Shown: positions 12,342 through 25,604 of the stretch, one piece after another
Layout of the letters: the number at the start of each line of letters is the position of its first letter
Position numbering within the stretch: position 1 is the first letter of the stretch
Source: Lingula anatina
Taxonomy: Eukaryota; Animalia; Brachiopoda
NCBI GenBank assembly: GCA_051362555.1
Contig: CM120644.1
Span: forward strand, 1,186,954 to 1,250,953
Direction: 5' to 3'
Length of the DNA stretch: 64,000 nucleotides
Notes under the pieces: model-generated
What the model saw: the letters and a program-made list of their open reading frames with translations, nothing else
Told to the model about the DNA's origin: nothing
Database searches by the model: none
Position numbers and translations under genes: made by a program

Positions 12342-13960
12342 GTTTGGTGCTCGGAGACAATTAGGGTGTAACGAAAGCGGTGTATCAGCTCACAGCTAGC
12401 GTGTGTTGTTCTACTGCTTTTCCCAGTTCAAAATTATGCGTCTGTCGGCCCGAGGAGATGGTCCTCGATGGCGCAGAGATCTGTTCCAAAGCGTCTTCTC
12501 TCAAAACAAAGTTCTTCGACGACTCGTTCAGCTCTCCGGTGTGACCCTTTTTTTAATTCTACTTCACTATGCGATGTCCTTAACCGCAGCACGTGAGTTG
12601 AACGCTATGGGACTAACTGGCCTCAGGCACCTAGTACGCTATATGGCAAATCTGTTGAAGTACTGTCGCAAACCCGCGGTAGCGAGGACAGATCATTCGC
12701 ATTACCTCCGATAAAAAAGCACCCAGTAGGCCTGTTCACACCTGCTTTTCAAATAAAACACAAGTCGGTTTCTCTGGGTTTATTTGCTAACGTGTCTTGG
12801 TGTCAGGTCAGCCTTTTGTAAGCCTTTAAAATACAGGTGAAGTCCCTGGATATTTGATACTGGAAAAACACGAGCCGTGATTTCTTTGTCCTGGTTATTA
12901 TTGCTTGTTGGTTTATTTTACAGTCATTTAGTGGCGATGTTTCTCCGAACTCCTCTGTGGTGTCCTCCGCGTCCCCAGTTTATCTTGTGCGTTCACCTAA
13001 CTGAGCGCTGTGACAATATAATATAAATACCAGCATAAAGGCAATAGATCCCAATCAGAGCGTATACTTATGCATTCTGTATACTGTAGATACACGTGTT
13101 AACACAACCGGGAGATGATCAGATTGCTGATTGAACGAAAGGGTATAATCAGAATATGGCGTAAAATGCTGGCGTTTATCTCTAATCTGTTTAATGCAAA
13201 TGAGGATTTTAATGTAGGAAGTGAACGCGGCTATTTTGCCTAGTTTAATACTTGTATTTCTATAAAGGTTTGGGGAAAGAGAGTCATAGAGGTGTACCAG
13301 TACAAAAACTCCTGGCGGAAATCACTTTAATTGGAATGGACACACAGACAAAGTGAAAGTAATTAATAATAATAATAATGATTTATTACGTACGAGCAGG
13401 TTTTTGTATTTATATACTCTCTTAATACAAAAAAAAAGGGAAAAACACAATTATGTTTCAACATATAGGGGCTTTTATCCTTTTTAATACTCTTTAATGT
13501 AGAGTAAAGAAGAACGCATTAATCCCCCGTAGATTTTTCCCCCATAAATGACTATAGGCTTCAGTATGGATATAGATATCCATACCTTTATATGTATGAC
13601 CCGTCCTATGCAAGGTGTTTGAAACCTTTAAGCTGATGAGGTTAAAGGAATCATTAGTTGGAATATAGCAGCTAGGGCCCAAGACAAAGTTATAATCTAT
13701 CCTAGATAGCAGGAACTAGACTCCAGATTGATATTATTTTTTTTTTTTGCATTTGTTTATTTCAGCCCCTTGCTTAGTTGCTTGTCCCCCACCCCCTCGT
13801 CTTACACCATACACACACACACACACACATAAAGCATTTCTGGCACCCTTTCGCTAAGCCCCCAGACATTATTATGAAGCCCACGGCTACGCGTTTTAAA
13901 CCTTTTGATAACTTGACGACCCCATTCACATAGACAATATCGGTCTACATACATCGATCC

Positions 13961-14118
13961 AACTCTGCAGAGACTCGCGCTGAGTGCAATCAGCTTTCTT
14001 GAATGAGTCGCCTCATCTTGTTTCCAACGTACTCGTACAATCACAAGCCTTTTCCGTAATCTACTTAACGTCAGAATCTGTTAAACTGATTGCATTCAGC
14101 AAGAACCCCCTCGGAGTT
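13961..14118. mobile_element. MITE (~160 bp) with imperfect TIRs; family shared with 50270-50434 and a half copy near 10563
   Basis: Left aactctgcagagactcgcgctgagtgcaatcag; right ctgattgcattcagcaagaaccccctcggagtt is its near reverse complement. Confidence 0.65.
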
Positions 14119-15518
14119 GAATAAATCCACGCAGACAGATTGTGTCTGTAGGAATAGAGCCTAAATATCATTTCAAGTTAGGCTAATATTTTGAAATGTA
14201 GACACACACACTAGCTGCCTGCTGTTGATTTATCTTGGAAGTATCATACAATTATGTTATCCTAATATATGTAACATTTTTCACGATGACGCCTTGATTC
14301 TAGTAGGCCTTACTAGTGTCATCGCTACATTATATTGCAACTATTGAAACTATTATGTCGACCTTATCATCTGCATCTTGCGCAAGTTCATTTGTATAGA
14401 CGTGACTATATATTAAACACTTTATTCATGTGCAACTCGATTCAAATTCTACTGTGACAGCTGTGTTGTTTTTGTTGATTTATTATTTATTTAGCATTTT
14501 TGTCTGATCTACCAGCATATGCTCACAACAGAATACATATTCATATAGCCACAAACACAGTCTGACTACTGCAGTAGTATTTCTGAATATCATATCATAT
14601 TTCCTTCCCAGCCAGCGTGTACTGTCACAAAAGGTGAAAGCAGCTAGGAAGATTAGAGATAAACTTGTGGTTTTTGAATATTTATACCTGAATAAGATGT
14701 TTTAAATAGTGAAGACGTGCATAGTAGGCCTACTACACGAATAACGCCAAAAAGTAATGCAGAAATCCAAAAACAAAGAGAAAGGTGGATCAGATGAAGT
14801 TGCAAAAAATAACACGTCACTTTCGCTTTTATACAAAGGTATTACCTGACTCTTGGTCAAATACAACCTTTTTTTATTAAAATATTCACCCGAGAGTAAC
14901 AAAAGGACATCGAGATTACAAATATATACATATAGCTTATGATAGGCCTACTTATCACAGTGGATATTAAATGACAATAATTCATATAGTAGGGCAAGCT
15001 CATGTAACAGCTGTAATAAAGTATCACGTAACATACATATTCATATATTAAAATGAGCCCAGTTTTGTTATGGGTCTTCATCTGACAAGATAAGGATATA
15101 AGTACTCATTTAAAGTAATTATTCCGATTATTTGCAAATTAGTCATTGATGTTCATGGTGACTATGTGGCAATCTTTATCAGTTTGTACACTTGAGTATA
15201 CGGGGTAAGTGATTTAGGCCTACATCAGTATTTTTTTTAGAACCAAACTTTTCACACCTGAGACACGTGCGGAGATGGGATTTAGTGAATGTGACACTTG
15301 GTGTTATTTAAAAGTTTGGAAATTATAGAATCTAAAATGGGTTTACATATTGTAATTTTTGATAGGATATAGGGCCAACTTTAGTGATAAAGGGGGGAGT
15401 GATATTTTTGCTGTGAAAGGTCTGCATGTACTAGTAGGCCTATGAGGCTTCATTATTACTCCATGGGTGTTGAACGGTTTGTGAGCCTATGTCCTTTAAT
15501 GTGTGTAATAATAATAAC

Positions 15519-15572
<54 letters not shown>

Positions 15573-15592
15573 CATCTTTGGTAGTAATTAAT

Positions 15593-15850
15593 GGTATCTG
15601 TATCTGTCCATGTACGTCTAGAGACACCAATACTGGTATGAAGTAGACGGGTAGAAGAGAGCGCATGGGAAACTTTAGTCAAATAGCAGTCCTGATCTAA
15701 AGCTTTCAACAGTTTCAGCGTTTTTACTTGTTGGTCACTGAGTCCATTCCAATCGGAAACTGTTCTGACGAAGAAAGAGTTTTTTCTGACGAATGTTTTA
15801 CAACGTTGTAAGCGAAAACAGCGACTGTTATTAGTACTATTCACAATGTT
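15593..15850 (-). mobile_element. 3' fragment of a CR1/L2-like non-LTR retrotransposon
   Basis: Translation NSFFVRTVSDWNGL matches the typical RT C-terminal SFFxRTxxxWNxL motif; short (GATACA)n tail; next to an (AAT)n microsatellite at 15507-15572. Confidence 0.6.
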
Positions 15851-16196
15851 TTCAGAGTCAAAGTCAGTGAAAGATTTAGCCCTTATACATGTACGACGTT
15901 TGTTAGAGACTGGAATTGAAATGGTTTGAAATTTAAGAGAAATTTAAAGCAGTCTAAAATAAAGCACCACAATTAACGGTCTGCAATTTATTTTAAATAA
16001 GTAACACACTTTATAGTCATGTTTTTATCATATCCAAATTAAAGAAACGATGAAGGCGTAGAACAAGAGAAAAATAAGAGACAGTACGGCGTGGAGAAAA
16101 GTAAACCCAAGAGAGGCCGAGCGAGAAAGCTACATCGATGTCAAGTTAAAACCCATCTTAGCTGAACCAGAAGTAAACACAAATAAGAAGACGAAG

Positions 16197-19100
16197 ATGC
16201 GGCATTTGTTCGGCGTGTTTATTACAGCGCTTTCGTGTGTTATCCCGATAGTCCAGCCTGAGGTATGAGTAGCTTTTATAACATAACAGAAAAACGACAT
16301 ACAGACATATTTGTGGAAGTTTTTCCCGTTCTTTCACCAAAACAGGGGTGTTTTGCTTTAACGTTGACGCTCTCTGGGTTTGTGCAGCTTACATAAGAGT
16401 GTGAGTGTCTCTTGTCCTAGTTTTGGCGTTACATGCCAGGTATATACCGCGAGTTGTTCACACTAACAGCACACCTAAATGTTATAAACATACGTGTATA
16501 GTTCCTCCTGTGCAGTATTAGCTGATGGCCCTTGTTGTTAGTGTTTCTGTGAGTTGGGGAGGGGGGGTCTGTCATCACCCAAGTCTTAGTACTGAAGTGG
16601 CCAGTAATTTACAGACATTTACTGGCTACTGCTGCGTTTGCTAACATGTGACATGGGGCCAACTGGTAGTTAGTGATTGTAACAGTGAAAACTATTTTAA
16701 CCTACAGACAGAGGGTTCCCCAGGCTTTGGAGTACAGGGAATACAAAATGTTGATCTGTAATTTTATCACTGATTTAAGGAAGTCCAACTACAAGTATAC
16801 CATTATTCTAGGTAAAAAATCATAAAACGTCCAGTCGTATTTGAAAATATAGACAGTCTTTTGAGGCCAGAGCCTGACCAAGTGATTGCTGGATATGGCT
16901 CACCAGGGAAAGCCTTACCTGATAAATGACATACGGTACAGATATATGCTAACTAATAATGCAGAGATCTAGGGCATCATAGGCCTAATGTGTGTGTGTG
17001 TGTGTGTGTGTGTGTATTGTCAGCAGTTTGATGATTCCACTTCACTTTCTGTAAATACTCTAGACTCAAGAATTTTTACTGCAGGTACTGAAATGGCGGC
17101 CGTACAAGATTGAAAATGAAGTCCTGCAAGCGCCTGCTGATTTTGTGAAGAGAGTGCATGTCATCTACATGAATCATTTAGGTAGATGTCAGCTACAGTG
17201 ATTTTAACTTTATTGCATTTTTTTTTTTTTTTTTTGAAAAAGTTTCATATTTTAAACTTGCAAGGCAATAAGCAGAATGGAAACTAAAAACAAAAATAAA
17301 AATAAAAAATAGTCAATTCCTCTTATTGCATTCTTTACCACCATTTATAATGTTAAAGAAAATTTTAATGATTTTGCATGAACCTGAGCAAGATATGCTT
17401 TATAATGTGAACATTATTTTTTAAATTTTAAAGATTTTATTTAAATATATTCTAGATGTGCTTTATATTATTATAATTCACTGTTAAAGAAATCTCAGAT
17501 TATTTCTAAATTTGTTCCAGATGTGGGCTATGATGGACTCTACCCTAAAGAGATTGGCTTCATTGACAATGTATTAAACAAGTATTTTGTGGAGTATTTC
17601 CCACGAGCCGTCCAGCTTGCTGACACCTTACGAAAAGGAGGTCACAATGAGACGTTTATTTACACCACACATCCCTGGCTGGTCAGCCTGTATATGGACT
17701 GTCCACAAGATTTGGTACTCCATGGGATAAGGCTGCAGGTTTGTATTTGGATCTCCCTTCTTTTTATTATTATTATTTTTGATTAATTAATGATCATGAA
17801 ACAAATACTTTTATAGCTAGAAACACTCTCAAAGAGTGCAGCTCTCTACCAAGACAGGTCGGCCCTTATTATAATAAAATTATTGACTAAATAATCAATT
17901 TCTGAGTTCTCATTATTAATTAATTAATTAATAATCAGTTCACATTCATTGAAGGTAACACATTCTCATTTATTAGCTGTCACATCTACTTTTCCCTCCT
18001 TTTAATTTCCAATGCCCCAGTGCCCAAATGCCTCTGCCCGTGCACACTTCATAGCAGCTGTTCAGCGTGGCGACATCACATGGCATGCAGGACCAATGAA
18101 CATGCAAGCGGAGAACTCGCCACTCTGGTTGTTCAACTTTGGCCTTGACCTTGGCGCTGATCTAGACAAGTTGTTTGGCATTGTGAGGAAGTATAGAACC
18201 ATGAGCCAGAGAGATGTACCAGGTAGGTGTGTGTATGTGTGTGTGTGTGTCTGTGTGTATGTCTGTGTGTGTTTGTATATGTGTATGTGTGCGTGCATGC
18301 ATGTGTGTGTGTGAGTGTGTATGTGTGTGTGTATTTGTATATGTGTATGTCTGTGTTCATGTGTGTGTGAGTGTGTGTGTGTGTATGTGTGTGTATGCAG
18401 AGAAGATAAAGACAGAGAAACAGGCAGACAGATCCATATGCAAACACATCTGCATACTTAAATAAGGTAAAAGAAGTAAATTAAGAGGGAGATTTCTGTT
18501 ATCCATTTTCTGTAAGGAAACTCCATTTACAATCGCCTTGTGTCGCAATATGTTCATTATCATATTATTGCTATCACAACTGTAGTTTATATCTCAGGTT
18601 ATGTAGTTATTGCTGAGGTCATATAGTTGATATCTCACCTTTTACTTATACCTCAGGTCTGACCCATGCAGCCATCCCCAGTCTTGTGGAGAAAGGAATC
18701 AAAGCACTGACAGTGGGTGTCAATGACATGAGTGCTCCCCCTGACGTACCTCACCCGCTGTTCAGGTGGCAGTATGGCAAGGCTGAGGTCCTGGCCACTT
18801 GGCATCCTGGTAAGGGAGTGTGTTAGATGTGACAGTGTGTTAGATGTGACAGTGTGTTAGATGTGACAGTGTGTGACAGTGTGTTAGGTGTGACAGTGTA
18901 AAATTTTATACTGGTAAGGCGTGACAATGTGGAAGTCATATTGTGCTAGGCAAACTGCTTAATGGCAAACGTCCTCAAAACAATAATTTAAAATGAAATT
19001 GATTCAGGTTTTGTTCACTATTTTCACAGTAGACACCAAAAAATACATAATAACTATTTTCCCTTGACCAGGTGGTTACCCTGACGACCCTGGCCCCACT

Positions 19101-22100
19101 CCTAAGCGACCCCGTGGTCTGAGCAGGAAGGACTGTGTTGTGGTTACTGGGTTTCCTGACGCCATGTGCTTTGCTTTTAGAACTGACAACTCTGGCCCTC
19201 CTGTAGATATCAAGGCAGGTTGATGAGTACAATATTTGTGATATGTTATTATGTTATTGATATTATGTAACAAAATAGGGCCCAACTCATGAAAAAAAAA
19301 AGACTCGAAAATCTGTAGAAGTATAAAATATGAAAATAATTGTAGAATTTTTCAAGACATTTTGCATATGTAAAGAACTTAATAAAATTATATTTTAATA
19401 TAGTCAACAGCACTTTATGATTGTTGCACATAATTTGAATATTGTCCATTTAATTGTAATTTTATTTTTAATTCATTTATGACACATAAACTATTATTGT
19501 TTTACTTAGTGTTTATTTTCCTTGGTGTTATTTTAAATCAGGAAATCAAACGATACTTCAGCATCTTACAAGCAGAATTTCCAAATGCAGTCATCAAGGC
19601 ATCCAACCTGGAGACCTTCATGGCAACCATTGAACCAATCAAAGCCAAGCTTCCTGTGGTAACCAAGGAGATAGGAGACACTTGGATACAGGGCACAGCC
19701 TCTGACCCCAGAAAGCAGGCAGAGTACAGGGCTATAGCTAGAGTACTGGGGATATGTCTGGAAAGAGGTAGATATAGAAAGCAGGCAGAGTACAGGGCTA
19801 TAGCTAGAGTACTGGGGATATGTCTGGAAAGAGGTAGATATAGAAAGCAGACAGAGTACAGGGCTATAGCTAGAGTACTGGGGATATGTCTGGAAAGAGG
19901 TAGATATAGAAAGCAGGCAGAGTACAGGGCTATAGCTAGAGTACTGGGGATATGTCTGGAAAGAGGTAGATTTAGAAAGCAGACAGAGTACAGGGCTATA
20001 GCTAGAGTACTGGGAATATGTCTAGAAAGAGGTAGATATAGAAAGCAGACAGAGTACAGGGCTATAGCTAGAGTACTGGGGATATGTCTGGAGAGAGGTA
20101 GAAAATATCCCAAATACCTTGAGATTTAGTGAGTTCTGGAAAATAATCTTCCTGTATCCTCTGCTACATTTTTTTTCAGAAGGATACAGGTACACTGCAT
20201 ATGTCAGTGGTGAGATAAGTTAACTATAAACTGTAAAACACTGGGTCTACGTACCCAGCATTTGCATCAGACTGAAAACAAAGTTGCACCATTACTCCAA
20301 ATCAGTGCTCTGCTACTTTTTTTATATCACAGACTGCTGTTTAAAAAGTAAACTTAAAAGTAATTAAGTGGCTCAATGAATTAGATTTAAATGATAAATT
20401 TAGATCTTTTTTATTAAGACATGGATCTATGAAAAAAATTTATTTTATGATTAATATCACAGTCATAATTTATTGAGTTAACACATTGTATTTTCCTTGA
20501 TACTATCTTAATTTAAAATCAGTATGGTATTTAAGATATAAACAGCTAGTGCAATAATAAACAAACACTACAAAGCAGACTTTTAAAGAACAATTATCCT
20601 TCTTGTTTGTACAAATATTTAACTTGTATTTTACCAGGACAGTGTAGTCTACAGGATCACCAGATCTTGTTGTATTTACAATGTTGTATCTTGTATTTTA
20701 CCAGGACAATGTAGTCTACAGGATCACCAGATCTTGTTGTATTTACAATGTTGTATCTTGTATTTTACCAGGACAGTGTAGTCTACAGGATCATCAGATC
20801 TACAATGCCAGCAGGTTCCTGCTGAAGTTGGGGGAACACACCTGGGGGCTCAGCACAGAGTGGGACTTTGTGCACTGGACAAATGCTGAATTTAGCAGGT
20901 TTAGATCCAGTAAGATCAACAAATAAGTTACTGAAACAGTATTATAAATACTAATTGTGTGCATGTGAAATTTACTGGAAAACAATTCCTGAGAAGACGG
21001 AGAAATCAATTTGTTTTTTAAACATAAATAAATAAATTGATTAGATTTATTTATTTATTTATCTTGTTTGTTTGTTTGTTTCAGATAAAAACTTCACAGA
21101 CTGTGAGAATTCTTGGAGGGAGCAGAGGTCATTCTCCAGTCTAGCCATGGAAGCTATGGCCCAGCATGTGATTATAGCTGATGTTGAAGAGGAACTGGCC
21201 CAGCTCAGACCAGCCAAACCACACCTGGAAGGTACACTTTTACAGCCTGTTTATTTAACATTTCAGACTAGTCTTCACTTAGACTTCAGAGAGCAACTTG
21301 TTCAATATTTAAAACTGTAAAAGGAAATTCAAAGATAAATGTAGCAGTGATAGGAGAACACAAACCACCGTAGTCTCGGCTTTTATCTTGTTAGTCCACA
21401 GAGTCTGAAGAAAATTACTTGTACTGTAAGGGGCTGTTCAGAACCACTTGATCCAGTGGGAGCAGATGTGGCATGCACTTGACAAGGATTCCCGCCTCCC
21501 ATGTGCCCATCTGTAGATCTGAACAGACCCTAAGACCTCATTAACTAGTCTGAAGACCTTGTAATTTGAAAACAATGTAAAATCATCACAAAATTGTTGG
21601 GGCAATCGTGTTAGTTAAAATGAAAAACCTGTATCTTCTGGTAAACTGGTTGGACTGTCATTAAATGCCCTTGTATCAGCTGGATTGCCAATATACGATA
21701 TTTGATAGAGATTATGAATTAAGTACATTTGCATTTCCTAATTGTTTATTCTGTGGATTTGGAATGGACTTTGAGTTTCTATATGATGTGGAGTATCGTA
21801 TTTCTTAATGATATGGAGTATAAAGTTTCTATATGATGTGGAGTTTAATTGTTCAATTTAATGCAATTAGCACTTTAATACCAATAAAACATTATTGCAT
21901 TATTGATTATTACTGATATTTTGTATTTTTATTTTCAATTTCATCAAGATTTTGAGAGGATAGATTTAACAAGGGGAAGTCCAGTGTTTAAATGCAAGAA
22001 CTTAGATCTTCAGTTTGGAAGTGACGGAGCTTTGACCTTGTTGATAGATCACAGAACTGGGGTATGTGGAACTGCTGTTTTTAGTCTAAATCATTTAAAC

Positions 22101-25100
22101 TAATCAATTTTAATATTTTAATATATATATATACTATATGTTTTTGACGAGCACCTTTTGTCTTTTTAAGACAAGTAGTTACAGTTCAAAATACTAATGT
22201 GAATGCTTACATCATTACAGCACTCAAATTCATGAATTGAAATGTTTCTGGTTAAATTACTTGTTGCTGGTGAAAACTTTCTTCTTTTTTTTTCGGTTTT
22301 TTGTTTTTTGTTTTCTTTTGTTTTGTTTTTATGAAAATACAAATAGATTATATTAGTAGATAACAATTTAGGCAGAATATACTGATGTTGCTTCAGTCAC
22401 CCTGATTAATTATAAGTTTGATGAACAGACACACGGTATATTTCAGGTCCAGTGGGCAGATGTCCTCCATCCTCTTGGTCAGTTTAAATACGTCACCTAC
22501 AACGAGACCGATTTTGTCACCTTCAACAGACAGTATGCGTATAACATCAGTAGAAATGTGGGAATCATGAAGATAAACTGTTCTAAGTATGCCCACCAAG
22601 AGAGTAAACCCTGGCATGTAGATATGGTACAGCTTTACAAGAGGAAAGGTAATTATATATGAAGATAAACTGTTCTAAGTATGCCCACCCTGAGAGTAAA
22701 CCCTGGCATGTAGATATGGTACAGCTTTACAAGAGGAAAGGTAATTATATATGAAGATAAACTGTTCTAAGTATGCCCACCCTGAGAGTAAACCCTGGCA
22801 TGTAGATATGGTACAGCTTTACAAGAGGAAAGGTAATTATATATGAAGATAAACTGTTCTAAGTATGCCCACCCTGAGAGTAAACCCTGGCATGTAGATA
22901 TGGTACAGCTTTACAAGTAATTATATATGAAGATAAACTGTTCTAAGTATGCCCACCCTGAGAGTAAACCCTGGCATCTAGATATGGTACAGCTTTACAA
23001 GAGGAAAGGTAATTATATATGAAGATAAACTGTTCTAAGTATGCCCACCCTGAGAGTAAACCCTGGCATGTAGATATGGTACAGCTTTACAAGAGGAAAG
23101 GTAATTATATATGAAGATAAACTGTTCTAAGTATGCCCACCCTGAGAGTAAACCCTGGCATGTAGATATGGTACAGCTTTACAAGAGGAAAGGTAATTAT
23201 ATATGAAGATAAACTGTTCTAAGTATGCCCACCCTGAGAGTAAACCCTGGCATGTAGATATGGTACAGCTTTACAAGTAATTATATATGAAGATAAACTG
23301 TTCTAAGTATGCCCACCCTGAGAGTAAACCCTGGCATGTAGATATGGTACAGCTTTACAAGAGGAAAGGTAATTATATATGAAGATAAACTGTTCTAAGT
23401 ATGCCCACCCTGAGAGTAAACCCTGGCATGTAGATATGGTACATCTTTACAAGAGGATAGGTAATTTTATGTCCAGGCTTGTAGCTGACAGCTACAAAGG
23501 GAGAGAGGGTCTTAAATAGAAAATAATGACCTTACATTGAGAAATGGCACTGAACCTAGACCAAAATTTGATTCAGATTGGACCCTTTAAAGCCAAAATG
23601 GTAGTTCTTTCTATTTTTTATATATCACATTGTGTCAGATTAGAGTAGCGAGTAGAAGAGAAATATTTGAATATTGCAGATTGCTAGATGAAAGAAGCAA
23701 ACGTTTGCATGTGCAAACTAAATATAAATATATTTTAAATAATGTAGTATTTAAATGTAGTCTACAATCTCTTTGAAATATCTTGGTAACTGATAATTAG
23801 CTGCATCATTTTTGTATTGGTTTTTTTTATTACAGATTTTTCATCATGTGAGTTCTATGTCCAGTTACAGATGAGGGACTATTTAACCCAGACATTTTAT
23901 GGTGCACCCAGAGAAATATGGCTGCATTACACTGAGGATACACCCCCTGGTGGTCAAGCTGGTCAGTATGGACAGCGATTTAGGGTCCTCTTCCTATTTA
24001 ATATTAATAATAATAATAACCAATTTATTTTGAGTCTAAAATCCATTATAACGTGTTCAGAAGACTTTACACATACATAAAACAATTACTTTAAAAATCA
24101 ATTATTAGGAATAGATAAATGAAAAATTACAGAGCTTAACAACAAAAATATTTAAGAGTATTCTAGATAAAACATACAGATTCTCACATAAGCACTTACA
24201 GTAAATAACTAAAATATGTTTGTTAAGAAAAAATAATCAGTTCTAGAATAAAAAAACAGCCTTATTTATACTTTATTTGTAGTTAGACAGTGATTAAGAT
24301 CTTTTTCACACCTAACAGGACAGTTTAAAGATACAAACTTAAAACACGCATTTAGAGGTCTTTACATGTAATTATGCTCTCCAGGGGGTATTATTCCCCT
24401 TCACAACTTCACCACAAGTTTGCTTCATTTTGTTAATTTATTGACCCTGCCTGGCTAGTGCAGAGGCTTTATTTAGGTGACTGACTTACATAACAGCCAG
24501 GCTGTGAAGTTGTCAAACTTTTGCAAAATACCCATACAGACTGTACTGCTGTGGCATGGAAAAATGAAACATTGCAAAACAAAAACTTACATTGAATGAA
24601 AAGTAGATTTATTGAATATTTCAACACAGATCATGCCATATGCCACTTAATTGTACTTCTCCATTTGAAAAGGGCCTTATAATTAGTCATAGTTCATTGA
24701 ATTATACTTCACTGTTTATAAATGATGAAAAGCAGCCATGTTGTTTTTGTTGCCCTTATTGAAAAAATGTATCATTTATATATTTATGATGATAAATATC
24801 TAATTTTTAAGCCTTTGTCAATATCACTTCTCTAAGGTTGTGAAACAATAAATCAACCCATGTATTTTATATGTATAATATATTTATATACATATGATAA
24901 AACTATGAAATAATACAAGCAGTACATATTTAGTGATCTTCACAATCTTCTCATCCAGGCTTGAACCTTGACCTTCAGTGGTTTGACAAGACTGTGACTC
25001 GTCTGCCAGAAGCACTGATGTTTAGTTTCATGCCACGCCAGCAGAGGGCACACCAGTGGAGAATAAAGAAACTTGGGCGTTGGATTGACCCCGTTAATGT

Positions 25101-25604
25101 GGTACAGAACGGCAGCAGCCTACAGCATGGTGAGGTTATACAATATCTACCTCTTTAAAAAAATGTCGTAATTTACATGGAAGTCTTGGAGGAAAGAAAC
25201 ATTTTATTTGCCTGTGTTATATAGTGGACATCAGCTCTCAATATTACAGACAAGTCAATATCAGTAAATTGTTTTGTTAGTTTTGATAAATAGACAGTAA
25301 CACATTTATCATTTAAGTTTTTTTTTTCTTCATTTCAGTGATTGACGATGTTCTTAGCTACGCCAAACAAAACTTTTCCTCTGGAATTCAGATCGCCAGT
25401 GTAGACGCCCCTCTAGTGGCGCCATCTACAGAAGGCAAGATGGCGACACCATTTCCTGCTCCTCTGACACCATTGAAAACAATTGACAGTATGAGCTTCA
25501 TATTGTACAACAACATATGGGGGACTAATTACATATTCTGGTATCCTTATCTTGACGAAGATAAGGATTTTAAGGCAAGATTTCAGCTGAGGTTTTTAAG
25601 ATGA
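16197..25604 (+). CDS. Secreted DUF5054-like / GH38-related putative glycoside hydrolase, 14 exons
   Basis: Signal-peptide exon 16197-16262 ([19 protein letters not shown]). Other exons approx 17085-17181, 17521-17738, 18021-18222, 18657-18808, 19072-19218, 19542-19768, 20772-20908, 21084-21231, 21950-22061, 22447-22648, 23836-23961, 24959-25129, 25338-25604. Motifs [56 protein letters not shown] and [15 protein letters not shown] are characteristic of DUF5054-type proteins. Confidence 0.85.
18817..18900. repeat. 17-bp minisatellite (gtgtgttagatgtgaca)n just inside an intron
   Basis: About 5 degenerate copies starting shortly after the donor at 18809. Confidence 0.85.
19711..20103 (+). repeat. 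66-bp tandem repeat x6 copying an exon end plus its donor
   Basis: agaaagcag(g/a)cagagtacagggctatagctagagtactggggatatgtctggaaagag|gtagatat; in frame, gives the ([22 protein letters not shown])n ORF. Confidence 0.97.
20623..20800 (+). repeat. 67-bp tandem repeat x~2.7 copying an acceptor plus the exon start
   Basis: cttgtattttaccag|gaca(g/a)tgtagtctacaggatca at 20623, 20690 and 20757; the last copy is the real acceptor. Confidence 0.93.
22567..23466 (+). repeat. 92-bp tandem repeat x10 (two 84-bp variants, 360-bp higher-order period) copying an exon end plus its donor
   Basis: Copies start at 22567, 22659, 22751, 22843, 22927, 23019, 23111, 23203, 23287 and 23379; most end AAAG|GTAATT. Confidence 0.97.

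Noticed and set aside
12403-12714. 103-aa + strand ORF
   Set aside because: Non-ATG start, no recognisable motif or splice support; may be the 5' region of the opposite-strand ORF.
18133-18563. HTHT / CVCV ORFs
   Set aside because: Degenerate (TG)n microsatellite in an intron.
19538-20113. 191-aa repetitive ORF on the - strand
   Set aside because: Antisense shadow of the 66-bp array and the DUF5054 exon.
22567-23466. Regular repeat array resembling CRISPR
   Set aside because: No unique spacers and no cas genes; eukaryotic intron; the units are copies of the adjacent exon end.
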